A stretch of 64,000 nucleotides of DNA. Origin: Sulfurospirillaceae bacterium. Lineage in GTDB: Bacteria; Campylobacterota; Campylobacteria; Campylobacterales; Sulfurospirillaceae. Positions 38,672 through 49,776 of the stretch are shown one piece after another (the first letter of the stretch is position 1; every line of letters starts with the position of its first letter). Under the pieces are notes generated by a model that searched no databases, was not told the DNA's origin, and worked only from the letters and a program-made list of their open reading frames with translations. The position numbers were made by a program, and so were the translations under genes. The stretch covers positions 160,001 through 224,000 of the forward strand of contig JAWVXD010000004.1 in NCBI GenBank assembly GCA_033723415.1, in the 5' to 3' direction.

Positions 38672-39122
38672 CTTTATCCTCTTTGTCTGCAAGCAATCCG
38701 GCTCCGCTAAGCGGTAGACTTCTGCTCTTTGCATATATTCTTGCTCCATTTTTGAGATCATATTTCCAGATAGGGGCATTTGCTTTAAAATCTTCAACAA
38801 AGTCATTTATAATTCTCAACGCCGCTTTTCGCTGAGGCGACACAACAGCCGATATGTATGAGCTTGTATGATTTGGGACATCACCGAGAGAGTGAGCCAT
38901 AAAGAGTATTGTATTTTCTTGTTTTGCTTTTTCCTGCCACGCATCGAACCAACTGTTTAGTATCGGCTCATATATGTCAAAACTAAGACCGTCTATCCCA
39001 AATTCATCACGTACAACACCGACAAAAGGAATAAAAGCTCCGTAATTTTTGTCTTTTATCTGATTGTACCAGCGGGCTAGGATCTCTTCAACATCTAAAG
39101 ATCCCTTATGTATCTCTAACAT
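38664..39122 (-). CDS. moaE: Molybdopterin synthase catalytic subunit
   Basis: GAFIPFVGVVR, HSLGDV, FKANAPIWK. Confidence 0.93.
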   Translation of the reverse strand: MLEIHKGSLDVEEILARWYNQIKDKNYGAFIPFVGVVRDEFGIDGLSFDIYEPILNSWFDAWQEKAKQENTILFMAHSLGDVPNHTSSYISAVVSPQRKAALRIINDFVEDFKANAPIWKYDLKNGARIYAKSRSLPLSGAGLLADKEDKDA

Positions 39123-39127
39123 TTATA

Positions 39128-39349
39128 TCAACCTCCGCAAACAGGTGGTAAAAGAGATATTTTGTCACCTGTGCTTATTTTAATATCAAGCGAGTCAACG
39201 ATCTGATCATTTACGGCAACTGCACAAATACTAAGCCATTCTTGCAATTCTTTATCCTCGGCAAATATTTCTTTCAATTTATCCAGTCTATCTATCTCTA
39301 TTTCAAAACTATCTTTATTTATAGGTCCTAAAAATTCTATCTTCGCCAT
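39128..39349 (-). CDS. moaD: Molybdopterin synthase sulfur carrier
   Basis: AVAVND, C-terminal LLPPVCGG. Confidence 0.93.
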   Translation of the reverse strand: MAKIEFLGPINKDSFEIEIDRLDKLKEIFAEDKELQEWLSICAVAVNDQIVDSLDIKISTGDKISLLPPVCGG

Positions 39350-39492
39350 TTTATATCTCCTAAGTTAATTGTTATCATGAAGCTGATTTGGAAGATTTTG
39401 TAACATTATATCAAAAAAAATATACCCCAAAGTTAAATGAAAAATAAATCTGAAACTAGAAAAAATCTTAGAGTTTCGATTAAGTTTGATGT

Positions 39493-39501
39493 TGTTATAA
39501 T
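39493..39501 (+). promoter_or_regulatory. Extended -10 box
   Basis: tgttataat about 25 nt before the ATG at 39526. Confidence 0.55.
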
Positions 39502-39525
39502 TTCGGAAAATAACGGGGATGCCTT

Positions 39526-40194
39526 ATGATTTTTGGAAAAATAGATTATATAAATCTGCTTCCTTTCCATATATTTCTTAAACAATCTTCCATGGGAAAC
39601 TCTTTTAAAAAAGCTGTCTTGTTCAACCAAGGTGTTCCTTCTGTGATAAACTCAAAATTTCAAAAAAGACAAGTAAACGCTGCATTCATATCAAGTATCA
39701 AAAGTAATAAAAAAAATGCAAAAACATTGCCTGTCGGAATCGTTGCGAAGAAAAACGTAAAAAGCGTTATCGTCAAGAACGGTGATCAAAGAGATGATCC
39801 AGCATCTGCCACATCCAATGCGCTCTCAAAGATCCTGGGGATCAAAGGAGAAGTCAGTATCGGAGATGATGCACTTAGAAAATACATAAAAGAGCCTGAT
39901 CTATATATTGATCTCGCAAGCAAATGGAATGAGAAGTTTCATCTTCCCTTTGTCTTTGCCGTCTTTTGTGTGAACAAACATTTTTCAACATATAAAAAAT
40001 TAGCAAAAACTTTCAAAAACAAAAAAATCAAAGTCCCTCAATACATATTAAATGATTATGCTAATAAAAGAGGTATTAGGGCTAAGGAGATAAAAGAGTA
40101 CCTAAAACTAATAACTTACCCAATTAATAAAAAAGAAGAGACAGGATTGAAGCTTTTCTTGAAGAAAAGTAGAAACCTAGGTTTTAAAAAATAA
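39526..40194 (+). CDS. mqnA: MqnA-like chorismate dehydratase (futalosine pathway)
   Basis: GKIDYINLLP, SATSNAL, IGDDAL, DLA..W.....LPFVFA. Confidence 0.8.
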   Translation: MIFGKIDYINLLPFHIFLKQSSMGNSFKKAVLFNQGVPSVINSKFQKRQVNAAFISSIKSNKKNAKTLPVGIVAKKNVKSVIVKNGDQRDDPASATSNALSKILGIKGEVSIGDDALRKYIKEPDLYIDLASKWNEKFHLPFVFAVFCVNKHFSTYKKLAKTFKNKKIKVPQYILNDYANKRGIRAKEIKEYLKLITYPINKKEETGLKLFLKKSRNLGFKK

Positions 40195-40233
40195 AAACGC
40201 CTTTTGGCAAAAAACACAAAAGAGGAAAGACAT

Positions 40234-41595
40234 ATGTCAGTTAAGAGTAGAATAGATGATGTACTAGAAAGTACTATGTACAGCACCCCGGGTCAATCAG
40301 AATTTTATCAAGCAGTAGATGAAGTATTACAATCACTAGAACCACTGCTTGCAAGAGAGAAAAAATACACAAAAAACAATATATTAAGCAGAATCGTTAT
40401 CCCTGAGAGACAAATCATTTTCAGGGTTTGCTGGATAGATGATGCAGGTGTAGTTCAAACAAATATTGGTTATCGTGTACAATTTAACTCAGCGATTGGA
40501 CCATACAAAGGCGGTCTTCGTCTACACCCTACTGTCAATCTTGGTATTATAAAGTTCTTAGGCTTTGAACAAATCTTTAAAAACTCATTGACGGGCTTAA
40601 ACATAGGCGGCGCTAAAGGTGGATCAAACTTTGACCCTAAAGGTAAAAGCGATAATGAAGTGATGAGATTCTGCCAATCATTTATGACAGAGCTTTCAAA
40701 ATATATCGGTGAAACAGTCGATGTCCCTGCCGGTGATATCGGAACAGGCGGTAGAGAAATAGGTTATATGTATGGACAGTACAAAAGATTAACTAACAAA
40801 TTTGAAGGTGTATTAACAGGAAAAGGTCTAAATTGGGGTGGCTCACTTGCTAGAACAGAAGCAACAGGTTTTGGCTCTGTTTACTTTGCAGACAATTTCT
40901 TAAGAAAAGTCGGCAATGGTCTAGAAGGTAAAATTGCTACTGTGTCAGGTTCAGGTAATGTTGCAATTTATACAATTCAAAAGCTTCATGAATTAGGAGC
41001 AAAAGCAGTTACTTGTAGTGATTCTCGTGGTTTTATTTATGATAAAAACGGAATCAACGTAGAATCATTAAAACTTATTAAAGAAGTACAAAGGGCATCA
41101 CTAACTGAGTATGTCAAGGCACATCCAGATGCTGTGTATACTCCTGTAGATAAGTATCCAGCAGATACAAATGCAGTATGGAGCGTTCCATGTGATCTTG
41201 CATTTCCAAGTGCAACACAAAATGAACTTAACCTAAACGATGCAAAGATCCTTCATAAAAATGGATGTATCATGGTAAATGAAGGAGCAAATATGCCTTC
41301 AACACCTGATGCAATCGAATTTATGCTGGCAAATAAAATGCTATACTCTCCGGGCAAAGCATCAAATGCCGGCGGTGTTGCGACAAGTCAATTAGAAATG
41401 GAGCAAAATGCCAGCATGGGTAAATGGTCATTTGCTGAAGTTGACAGTAAACTACAAGGAATCATGAAAAATATTTTTGATCTGTCTTTTGAAACAGCAA
41501 AAGAATTTGGAGATCAACACAATATAATGATGGGTGCAAATATAGCAGGTTTTAGAAAAGTAGCTGATTCTATGATCGACCAAGGTGCCGTGTAA
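40234..41595 (+). CDS. gdhA: NADP-specific glutamate dehydrogenase
   Basis: GPYKGGLR, GFEQIFKNSLT, GGAKGG, DVPAGDIG, GSGNVA, EGANMP; ATG 40234 after GAGGA. Confidence 0.97.
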   Translation: MSVKSRIDDVLESTMYSTPGQSEFYQAVDEVLQSLEPLLAREKKYTKNNILSRIVIPERQIIFRVCWIDDAGVVQTNIGYRVQFNSAIGPYKGGLRLHPTVNLGIIKFLGFEQIFKNSLTGLNIGGAKGGSNFDPKGKSDNEVMRFCQSFMTELSKYIGETVDVPAGDIGTGGREIGYMYGQYKRLTNKFEGVLTGKGLNWGGSLARTEATGFGSVYFADNFLRKVGNGLEGKIATVSGSGNVAIYTIQKLHELGAKAVTCSDSRGFIYDKNGINVESLKLIKEVQRASLTEYVKAHPDAVYTPVDKYPADTNAVWSVPCDLAFPSATQNELNLNDAKILHKNGCIMVNEGANMPSTPDAIEFMLANKMLYSPGKASNAGGVATSQLEMEQNASMGKWSFAEVDSKLQGIMKNIFDLSFETAKEFGDQHNIMMGANIAGFRKVADSMIDQGAV

Positions 41596-41619
41596 TATTA
41601 TAAGAGTATAAAATAAACA

Positions 41620-41641
41620 GAGGGAGTAATAAAACTCCCTC
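41620..41641 (+). terminator. Hairpin after gdhA
   Basis: gagggagt-aataaa-actccctc. Confidence 0.55.
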
Positions 41642-41722
41642 AAATCCCTATAAAAGCATGTTTTTATATAATTACTGCTAGACTTGTTGTAGCTTCATAA
41701 ACACAACAAGGAACACAATATA

Positions 41723-42571
41723 ATGCGCAATATATTTTTAGTTTTATTACTGTTAAACTCTATTGCTTTTGCTAAAGTCTTTTCATTTACTACAGTCCCT
41801 GATCATAATGTCGAAGTTCTAAAAAAACATTTTTCAAAACTTGCTGTATATTTAGAAAAGAAACTTCATGTAAAAGTTCAATTCGTACCAACTACATCTT
41901 ATAATGACTCCGTATCTGCATTTGCCAGTAATAAAGTGCAATTGGCTTGGTTTGGGGCATTGGCGGGGATCAAAGCCCGACAAGCAGTAAAAGGCTCTCA
42001 GGCGATCGTACAGGGATTTGAAGATACCCGGTTTTATTCATATTTTATCGCAAATACAAGTACAGGCATACAAAGAGCACGTAAACTCTCCAAAGAGATC
42101 GAAGGGAAAAGTTTTACATTCGGCTCAAAAGAATCAACTTCAGGCAGATTGATGCCCGAATACTATATCAGATGGATGCTAAAGAAAACTCCCCAAGAAG
42201 CATTTTCAAAAATCGGCTTTTCCGGAAGCCATTCAAAAACTATTTCATTGGTACAAAATGGCGAATATCAAGTCGGTGTAGTTAATTATGCCGTATGGGA
42301 TAAAGAATTGAAAGATGGGAAAATAGACACATCCAAAGTAAGAATAATATGGAAAACGCTAAAATATCCTGATTATCAATTTTCAATCAGAGGTGATGTC
42401 GATCAACAATTTGGAAAAGGATTTATGCAAAAGGTAAAAAATGCTCTTTTAGAAATAAAAGATCCAGAGATATTGTCAGCATTTCCTAGAAGTAAATTTA
42501 TCAAAGCAAATAATTCAGAATATGCGATAGTCAATGATGTAGCAACAGCCGTAGGACTGATAAATAAATAG
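41723..42571 (+). CDS. PhnD-family periplasmic binding protein (putative selenate/oxyanion SBP), orphan
   Basis: Signal peptide; LAWFG.L.G..AR, FTFGS..STSGRLMP, GFSGSH, YPDYQF. Confidence 0.8.
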   Translation: MRNIFLVLLLLNSIAFAKVFSFTTVPDHNVEVLKKHFSKLAVYLEKKLHVKVQFVPTTSYNDSVSAFASNKVQLAWFGALAGIKARQAVKGSQAIVQGFEDTRFYSYFIANTSTGIQRARKLSKEIEGKSFTFGSKESTSGRLMPEYYIRWMLKKTPQEAFSKIGFSGSHSKTISLVQNGEYQVGVVNYAVWDKELKDGKIDTSKVRIIWKTLKYPDYQFSIRGDVDQQFGKGFMQKVKNALLEIKDPEILSAFPRSKFIKANNSEYAIVNDVATAVGLINK

Positions 42572-42573
42572 AT

Positions 42574-42606
42574 TTTTTCAAAGAGATAAAAAATCTCTTT
42601 GAAAAA
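42574..42606. terminator. Bidirectional terminator between convergent genes
   Basis: tttttcaaagagat-aaaaa-atctctttgaaaaa. Confidence 0.7.
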
Positions 42607-42616
42607 TGTAAGTCAA

Positions 42617-43252
42617 TTAGTCAATCGTATTAAAAACTCTATCGCCTGCATCTCCAAGACCCGGAACGATATAACCGTTTTCATTTAATCCATCATCTAC
42701 ATGAGCCGTAAAGACTTTAACATCTGGATGAACTTTTGAAAATTTTTCCAATCCTTCAGGAGCTGATACTAAAGCAATAAATCTTATATCTTTGATGCCT
42801 TTGCCTTTTAAGAAATTAACTGCATCTATCGCGGTACCGCCTGTTGCAAACATAGGATCTATGATGATTGCCGTTCTTTCTTTATGATCTTTAGGAAGCT
42901 TAGCATAGTAAAATTCAGCCTCAAGGGTTTTTTCATTTCGCTGAAAACCAAGAAAACCAACACTTGCATCAGGTATCAATTTAAATATGCCATCCAACAT
43001 ACCGAGTGCTGCTCGTAGAATCGGGCAGATCATGATCTTTGTGTCTAGTCTTTGAGCATTTGCGACTGCTACAGGAGTTTGTACTTTTACATCACGAAGA
43101 GGCAGATCTCTCGTAGCTTCAAAAAGCATCAAATAAGAGATCTCATCTACTAACAACCTAAAGTGAAAAGGGTCAGTCTTTATGTCTCTCAATATTGAAA
43201 GTTTATGTTCTATCAGCGGGTGTTGAATTACGGTTACATTTTTCATTTTCAT
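42617..43252 (-). CDS. upp: Uracil phosphoribosyltransferase
   Basis: HPLIEHKL, PILRAA.GM, DPMFATGGT, YIVPGLGDAGDR. Confidence 0.97.
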   Translation of the reverse strand: MKMKNVTVIQHPLIEHKLSILRDIKTDPFHFRLLVDEISYLMLFEATRDLPLRDVKVQTPVAVANAQRLDTKIMICPILRAALGMLDGIFKLIPDASVGFLGFQRNEKTLEAEFYYAKLPKDHKERTAIIIDPMFATGGTAIDAVNFLKGKGIKDIRFIALVSAPEGLEKFSKVHPDVKVFTAHVDDGLNENGYIVPGLGDAGDRVFNTID

Positions 43253-43318
43253 CCTAACATTTTAAATATATTTGAATTCACTTCTTTCTTGATTCTAGAC
43301 TATGATGGTAGGATCAAG

Positions 43319-43359
43319 AAAAAAGATAGCGAGGGGCTGTTTTTGCTACCTCACTATCT
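43319..43359 (-). terminator. Intrinsic terminator after the malic enzyme gene
   Basis: Minus strand agatagtgagg...cctcgctatct followed by a T run. Confidence 0.6.
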
Positions 43360-43368
43360 ATGTATCAA

Positions 43369-44652
43369 TTACTTGTTTCTTTCTTCTTCTATTTTCCATT
43401 CTAATTTTGAACGATAAGCATCTATGTTGAAGCTCTCATCAACTCTAGCTACTCCATCTTCGATTGCTGCTTGTGCAACTGCCGTACTTACTCTAGGAAG
43501 AACACGTCTGTCAAATGGTTTTGGGATAATATAATCGTATCCAAATTTTAAATCAACCCCGCTGTAAGCTTCTTTTACATACGTAGGCACATCTTCTTTT
43601 GCAAGAGCGGCCAATGCACGAGCTGCTGCCATTTTCATACCTTCTGTTACCTTAGTCGCCCTCACGTCAAGTGCTCCTCTGAAGATAAAAGGAAAACCTA
43701 GAACGTTATTGACCTGATTTGGATAATCACTTCTTCCTGTTCCCATCATAACATCATCTCTGACTGCTTTTACCTCTTCAGGAGTTATCTCCGGAGTAGG
43801 ATTTGCAAGAGCAAATATGATTGGATGTGGATTCATAGAAAGTACCATTTCTTGTGAAAGGATCCCAGGAGCAGAAAGACCTAAGAACATATCAGCACCC
43901 CTCATAGCATCCGCTAGTGTGCGATCTTCCGTATCCAAGGCAAACTCTTTTTTGTACTCGTTTAAATCATCTCTTTTATTGTGTATCACGCCTTTTGAAT
44001 CTATCATCACAACATGTTCTGCACCCAATAATTTGTACATTTTGGCACAAGCGATACCTGCTGCTCCGGCACCTGAGACTACAATCTTCATCTCTTCTAT
44101 CTTTTTACCGCTGATCTCCAAAGCATTGATAAGTCCTGCACTCGTGATCATAGCTGTACCGTGCTGGTCATCATGCATAACCGGGATATCCACCAATGCT
44201 TGAAGCTTTTGTTCAATTTCAAAACATTTTGGCGCTTTAATATCTTCTAGATTAATACCTCCGAAAGTCGGTGCCAAAGCTCTACAAATATCAATGATTT
44301 TGTCAGGATCATGTTCATCAAGTTCGATATCAAAAGCATCAACATCCGCAAATGTTTTGAAAAGTACCGATTTCCCTTCCATCACAGGTTTACTTGCATG
44401 TGCACCAATATCTCCCAAACCTAAAACGGCAGTGCCGTCACTAATAACAGCTACTAAATTTCCTTTATTTGTATACTTATATACTAATTCATCATCTTCT
44501 GCGATATCTCTACAAGGATAAGCAACCCCGGGAGTATACGCCATAGAAAGGTCTCTTGCCGTAGCACAAGGTTTCGTTATTGCGATTCCAATTTTACCAC
44601 CTATGTGGTACTCTAAAGATTCTTCTTTAGTAACTTTAATACTCTTACTCAC
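43369..44652 (-). CDS. NAD(P)-dependent malic enzyme (no PTA domain)
   Basis: [48 protein letters not shown]. Confidence 0.95.
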   Translation of the reverse strand: MSKSIKVTKEESLEYHIGGKIGIAITKPCATARDLSMAYTPGVAYPCRDIAEDDELVYKYTNKGNLVAVISDGTAVLGLGDIGAHASKPVMEGKSVLFKTFADVDAFDIELDEHDPDKIIDICRALAPTFGGINLEDIKAPKCFEIEQKLQALVDIPVMHDDQHGTAMITSAGLINALEISGKKIEEMKIVVSGAGAAGIACAKMYKLLGAEHVVMIDSKGVIHNKRDDLNEYKKEFALDTEDRTLADAMRGADMFLGLSAPGILSQEMVLSMNPHPIIFALANPTPEITPEEVKAVRDDVMMGTGRSDYPNQVNNVLGFPFIFRGALDVRATKVTEGMKMAAARALAALAKEDVPTYVKEAYSGVDLKFGYDYIIPKPFDRRVLPRVSTAVAQAAIEDGVARVDESFNIDAYRSKLEWKIEEERNK

Positions 44653-46042
44653 TTATAACCCCTTTTCCTATTAAATTGTTAATTCGCTTAACAACATCTT
44701 CTAATCCAACAATACTTAAGACTTCAAATACAGAAGGACTTACCGCACTCCCCACCATAGCAATTCTTATAGGTTGAGCCAAATCTTTCAACTTGAGTCC
44801 CTTCTCTTCTAAGAATTGTTTTACTAAATCTTCGAACTCTGCAGCACTAGAACACCCCTCATGTGCTTCCAAAGTCTGTTTAAACGCCTCTAAATTCTTA
44901 AGGGCATCACCTGTTATAAATTTTCTATACGCTTTCTCATCGTAATCAATCGGATCATTTATGATATCTTTGACCATCTGAGCCAATTCTTTTATCGTTT
45001 TAGCCCTATCTCTAAGTAAATCTATCAGAGCTTCTTTATTAGGATTTTCTCCGATAAAAAGATCAAAAAATTCCAACTCTTTTATCAATCTTTCACTGTC
45101 AAATTTTTTAATATACTGCGAATTGATCCATATAAGTTTCTCGTCATTGAAGGCTGACGCTGATTTATTAATGTGAGATGGATCAAAAAATTCGATCATC
45201 TCATCCATACTAAATATCTCTTGATCACCATGACTCCAGCCAAGTCTCACTAAAAAGTTCAACAATGCTTCAGGGAGATATCCCTCTTTTTTGTATTCCA
45301 TAACATCAAGAGCACCGTCTCTTTTTGAGAGTTTTTTGCCCTCTTTGTTCAAGATCATAGGAACATGATAGAACTTTGGTATTTCAAAATTTAATGCATT
45401 ATATATTACTATCTGCTTTGGTGTATTTGAGAGATGATCATCTCCGCGTATGACATCTGTTATATTCATCAAAGCATCATCAATAGTCACGACAAAATTG
45501 TAAGTAGGCGTCCCATCACTTCTTGCTATGATAAAATCATCAAGCATATCTGCTACTTTGAAACTAACCTCTCCTTTGATACCGTCAACAAAGGATATCT
45601 CTCCGCTTGTAGGTGCTTTTATTCTGATAACAGGCTCTACTCCGATGGGCGGTTGACCTTCAAAATCTCTATATCTACCGTCATAGCGAGGTCTTTGCTT
45701 ATTTGCCATTTGTGAAGCTCTTAATTCTTCAAGCTCATCTTTGGTCATGTAACATTTATAAGCTTTGCCTTCTTCCAAAAGTCTTTTGACATATGATTTA
45801 TAAATATCAAATCTGCTAGATTGATATATAATATCACCGTCATATGAGAGTCCTGTCCATTTAAAAGCTTCTTCTATAGCCAATGCTGCTTCTTTTGAGT
45901 TACGTGCAAGATCAGTATCTTCTATACGCAGTAAGAACTTACCATTATTTTTTTTAGACATTAGATAGCAATAAAGAGCAGTTCTAAGTCCTCCGATATG
46001 TAAATATCCTGTCGGACTCGGGGCAAAACGGGTGATTACCAT
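44645..46042 (-). CDS. gltX: Glutamate--tRNA ligase
   Basis: [14 protein letters not shown] (HIGH) and KLSKR motifs. Confidence 0.97.
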   Translation of the reverse strand: MVITRFAPSPTGYLHIGGLRTALYCYLMSKKNNGKFLLRIEDTDLARNSKEAALAIEEAFKWTGLSYDGDIIYQSSRFDIYKSYVKRLLEEGKAYKCYMTKDELEELRASQMANKQRPRYDGRYRDFEGQPPIGVEPVIRIKAPTSGEISFVDGIKGEVSFKVADMLDDFIIARSDGTPTYNFVVTIDDALMNITDVIRGDDHLSNTPKQIVIYNALNFEIPKFYHVPMILNKEGKKLSKRDGALDVMEYKKEGYLPEALLNFLVRLGWSHGDQEIFSMDEMIEFFDPSHINKSASAFNDEKLIWINSQYIKKFDSERLIKELEFFDLFIGENPNKEALIDLLRDRAKTIKELAQMVKDIINDPIDYDEKAYRKFITGDALKNLEAFKQTLEAHEGCSSAAEFEDLVKQFLEEKGLKLKDLAQPIRIAMVGSAVSPSVFEVLSIVGLEDVVKRINNLIGKGVISE

Positions 46043-46224
46043 ATATTAACCTTATTTATGTAAAATGATGAATTAAAAGTTACCAATAGAGATATAGCAT
46101 TATTTATAGACAAATTCTAATCACTTTTAAATTGAAATTACTAAAAATAATGTTATCATTCTAAGCTATTTTGTAAAAAATTATATAAGCTTTTTACTTA
46201 ACATTACTTAACAAAGGACAATTA

Positions 46225-47082
46225 GTGAAAATATCTATGAAATATTTATCTAAAATCTTCATATCAGCAGCTTTTATCTCAACTTTTTCATATGCAGGAA
46301 TGGTTGATGCAATATCTGTTATAATCAACAATCAGCCAATAACTTTATATGAAGTTTACAAATATGCACATGAGTTTAAAGTTTCTACTTCGGATTCTTT
46401 AGATTTGCTTATAAGAAAAAAACTGGAAGAAGCAGAGATAAAAAAGTTAAATATAACTGCCAGTGATTTTGAAGTAGATGACTATATCAGAAAACTAGCA
46501 ACAAAGAACGGTATCTCTGAATTTCAGTTTTATGAAATGCTGAAAGCCAAGAATATAGATGAAACAAACTACAAGAAAGATCTAAGAAAAAAACTGGAAC
46601 AAGACAAACTTTACAAAAAGATAATCCAGATGAAGGGTGTAAAAGTCACTTTGGCGGAGCTTCAAGATTTTTATCAAAAGAATAAGGCACAGTTTGTTTC
46701 AGCAGATGGCTTTAGTATCACTACATATAACAGTAAAAACAGAGCTTCTCTTGAGAGTATAAGAAAAAATCCTATGCTAAATCCTCAAGATGTACAAATG
46801 GCAGACAGCAACCTAAAATCTGGTTCAATGGATCAAAAACTTGAAGCTTTGCTGAATGAGACAAAATCTGGTGAATTTACCCCTATTTATAATGCGGGGG
46901 ATCACTTTACGATGATCTACCTAAAGGAAAAATCCGGAGTAAAGACTATTCCTTTTGCAAAGGTTAAGAACTATATATACTCGGTTGTATCTTCAAAAGA
47001 TGATAAAGCAGCTATCAATGATTATTTTGATAAGTTGAAATCTGTTGCAGATATAAAAATACTAAGAAGACCTAATTCTTAA
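46225..47082 (+). CDS. SurA-like periplasmic chaperone/PPIase
   Basis: Signal peptide; IINNQPITLYE SurA-N pattern; C-terminal YFDKLK..A.IKILR. Confidence 0.75.
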   Translation: MKISMKYLSKIFISAAFISTFSYAGMVDAISVIINNQPITLYEVYKYAHEFKVSTSDSLDLLIRKKLEEAEIKKLNITASDFEVDDYIRKLATKNGISEFQFYEMLKAKNIDETNYKKDLRKKLEQDKLYKKIIQMKGVKVTLAELQDFYQKNKAQFVSADGFSITTYNSKNRASLESIRKNPMLNPQDVQMADSNLKSGSMDQKLEALLNETKSGEFTPIYNAGDHFTMIYLKEKSGVKTIPFAKVKNYIYSVVSSKDDKAAINDYFDKLKSVADIKILRRPNS

Positions 47083-47103
47083 AAATATATAAGGAGAACA
47101 TAA

Positions 47104-47286
47104 ATGAACAAATATGATAAAATCAGAAAATTTTGCAGAGTATTTAGAATAATTTTGGGAATTGTTCTTATAGGAGTCGGCATTTATTTGAGCAATCCTT
47201 GGTTTTACCTAGGGATCATCCCTCTTATAGCTGGCCTTGCTAACTTTTGCCCGCTTTGTATCATAAGTAAAAAATGCACAATCTAA
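47104..47286 (+). CDS. DUF2892 (YgaP-like) small membrane protein
   Basis: RIILG...LGIIPLIAGL.NFCPL. Confidence 0.85.
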   Translation: MNKYDKIRKFCRVFRIILGIVLIGVGIYLSNPWFYLGIIPLIAGLANFCPLCIISKKCTI

Positions 47287-47313
47287 AGTTTGCCTCTATT
47301 TGAGGCAAACTTT
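47285..47313. terminator. Bidirectional terminator
   Basis: aaagtttgcctc-tattt-gaggcaaacttt. Confidence 0.75.
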
Positions 47314-48646
47314 AATATTTTGATAAATAGTTCGTATCAAACCTATTTTCTATAAAGTCTTTATTATCCATCATATTTAAATGAAAATCTCTCACCGTTG
47401 CGACACCTTCAATCTGAAGTTCTACTAAAGCCTCTCTCATCTTTGCGATCGCTCTAGTCCTATCCTCTCCCCAGACTACCAGTTTCCCTATCATGGAGTC
47501 ATAATGAGGAGGAATCACATAATTTTGATATATGTGAGAATCTATCCTTACATTTCGTCCGCCAGGTGCGATAAACTTGGTAACTTTGCCCGGACTTGGG
47601 ATAAATTTTACAGAATCTTCAGCAGTGATCCTACACTCTATCGAATGACCACTGAGCTTGATTTCCTTTTGACTTGGAAGTTTTTCACCCTCAGCAACTC
47701 TTATCATCAACTCTATGATATCAATACCGCTTACCATCTCACTGACACAATGTTCAACTTGAAGTCTGGTATTCATTTCCATAAAATAAAAATTCTTTTC
47801 ACTGTCTAACAAAAATTCAAAAGTTCCGGCATTTTCATAGCCTATAAATTTAACAGCTTTTATAGCTACGTCATGTAAATTTTTTCTCGTCTTTTCATCT
47901 AGTGCGATAGCGGGCGATTCTTCTATAAGCTTTTGATGACGACGTTGCATAGAACAGTCTCTCTCACCGATATGTATAGCATTGCCATGAGAATCACCTA
48001 TGATTTGGACTTCTATGTGTCTTGGATTTTTGATGAACTTTTCCATATAAAGTGTTCCATCTCCAAAAGCACTCAAAGCTTCACTTTCAGCAGAAAGATA
48101 TGATACTTCCAAATCTTGCTCTTTTTCAACAACTCTCATGCCGCGTCCGCCGCCGCCTGCACTTGCTTTGACGATAACGGGATAACCTATCTTTTTAGCA
48201 AGTTCTTTTGCTTCTGTTATACCATGAAGCGCACCTTCACTACCTTCTATGACAGGAACTCCTGCTTTCTTCATAACCTCTTTTGCTTTTGATTTATCAC
48301 TCATCAAAACCATAGAATCAACAGACGGTCCTATGAATTTTATGCCGTGAAGACCACAAATCTCTACGAAATCTTGATTTTCACTCAAAAAACCATAACC
48401 AGGGAAGATCGCATCACATCCGCTTATTTCAGCTGCGCTGATTATAGCAGGAACATTTAGATAACTTTCGCTTGATTTTGCTCCACCGATACAAATACTT
48501 GCATCTGCATATTGCAAATAAAGTGCATCCTTATCTGCGGTAGAATACACGGCTATCGCCTGTTTTCCCATCTCTTTTATCGTTCTAATTGCTCGAAGTG
48601 CTATCTCTCCTCGATTTGCAACAAGAATTTTTTGTATTTCTGCCAT
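47312..48646 (-). CDS. accC: Acetyl-CoA carboxylase biotin carboxylase
   Basis: ANRGEIA, GYGFLSEN, GGGGRGMR, ERDCSMQRRHQK, EMNTRLQVEH; true start ATG 48646 (TGATG overlap with accB). Confidence 0.97.
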   Translation of the reverse strand: MAEIQKILVANRGEIALRAIRTIKEMGKQAIAVYSTADKDALYLQYADASICIGGAKSSESYLNVPAIISAAEISGCDAIFPGYGFLSENQDFVEICGLHGIKFIGPSVDSMVLMSDKSKAKEVMKKAGVPVIEGSEGALHGITEAKELAKKIGYPVIVKASAGGGGRGMRVVEKEQDLEVSYLSAESEALSAFGDGTLYMEKFIKNPRHIEVQIIGDSHGNAIHIGERDCSMQRRHQKLIEESPAIALDEKTRKNLHDVAIKAVKFIGYENAGTFEFLLDSEKNFYFMEMNTRLQVEHCVSEMVSGIDIIELMIRVAEGEKLPSQKEIKLSGHSIECRITAEDSVKFIPSPGKVTKFIAPGGRNVRIDSHIYQNYVIPPHYDSMIGKLVVWGEDRTRAIAKMREALVELQIEGVATVRDFHLNMMDNKDFIENRFDTNYLSKY

Positions 48647-49113
48647 CAAACTTTCTCCACTACAAACAACGGCATGCCAAACTCTACTGGAGTTCCATCT
48701 TCTACAAGAACTTCTGTTATCTTGCAAGTATATTCAGCTTCTATTTCATTCATAATCTTCATAGCTTCTATAACTGCTACAGGCTGTCCTTTTTGAACAA
48801 TTGCGCCTACTTTTACAAAAGGTTCACTTCCAGGACTTGGAGCTACATAGAAAGTTCCTACCATTGGTGATTTTATAGAATTTGCAGCATTGGAAGAATC
48901 TTTTTTTGGAGCTTGTACAGCCACTGGTTCTTTATCTTCTGAAACAGAAGCTACAGGTGCCTGATATGTTGCAGCAGTAGGTACGGTAAATGAATTATTT
49001 TCAAATCCTTTTTGAAGTTCTATAGAAAATTCACCGTCCTTGATCTTTACTTTTGTGATATTACTTTTATCAAAAAAACGCATCAATTCTCTGATTTCTG
49101 TTTTGTTCATCAA
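48646..49113 (-). CDS. accB: Biotin carboxyl carrier protein
   Basis: [16 protein letters not shown] biotinylation motif. Confidence 0.97.
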   Translation of the reverse strand: MMNKTEIRELMRFFDKSNITKVKIKDGEFSIELQKGFENNSFTVPTAATYQAPVASVSEDKEPVAVQAPKKDSSNAANSIKSPMVGTFYVAPSPGSEPFVKVGAIVQKGQPVAVIEAMKIMNEIEAEYTCKITEVLVEDGTPVEFGMPLFVVEKV

Positions 49114-49162
49114 TTTCTCCTGAGTTTAGTAGTTGTGTGCCTGAGAGCACTTATATAAATTT

Positions 49163-49171
49163 TGCTATAAT
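49163..49171 (+). promoter_or_regulatory. Extended -10 box for dcd
   Basis: tgctataat about 39 nt before the ATG at 49210. Confidence 0.55.
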
Positions 49172-49209
49172 AACATATATTTAATTATAAGCACTTAAGG
49201 AATGAATTT

Positions 49210-49770
49210 ATGGGATTGAAATCAGATAACTGGATAAGAGAAAAGTCACTAAAAGAAAATATGATAAGCCCGTTTTGCGATGAGCAGGTAGGAACAGATG
49301 TTGTAAGCTATGGTGTGAGTAGCTATGGGTATGACATAAGGGTAGGAGATGAATTTAAAATTTTTACTAATGTAAGTTCAACAGTAGTCGATCCAAAAGA
49401 CTTTAACCAAAAGAATATTGTTGATTTTAAAGGCGATGTATGTATCGTTCCTCCAAATTCTTTCGCATTGGCAAGAACGGTAGAATACTTTAAAATTCCA
49501 AGAAATGTCTTGGCTATCTGTCTTGGTAAGAGTACATATGCGAGATGCGGAATTATCGTCAACGTTACTCCATTCGAACCGGAATTTGAGGGTCACATAA
49601 CTATAGAGATCTCAAATACGACACCGCTTCCTGCCAAGATCTATGCCAATGAAGGTATCGCACAAGTGCTTTTTTTAGAAGGTGATGATCAGTGTCAAAC
49701 GACCTATAAAGATAAAAAAGGCAAATACCAAGGTCAAGAGGGGATCACTCTTCCTAGAATATTAAAATAA
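49210..49770 (+). CDS. dcd: dCTP deaminase
   Basis: [34 protein letters not shown]. Confidence 0.96.
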   Translation: MGLKSDNWIREKSLKENMISPFCDEQVGTDVVSYGVSSYGYDIRVGDEFKIFTNVSSTVVDPKDFNQKNIVDFKGDVCIVPPNSFALARTVEYFKIPRNVLAICLGKSTYARCGIIVNVTPFEPEFEGHITIEISNTTPLPAKIYANEGIAQVLFLEGDDQCQTTYKDKKGKYQGQEGITLPRILK

Positions 49771-49776
49771 GATGCC

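Noticed and set aside
38672..38806. N-terminal extension of MoeA in the ORF track
   Set aside because: Overlaps moaE; homology and RBS point to ATG 38671
48647..48727. N-terminal extension of AccC in the ORF track
   Set aside because: Overlaps accB; the real start is the TGATG-coupled ATG at 48646
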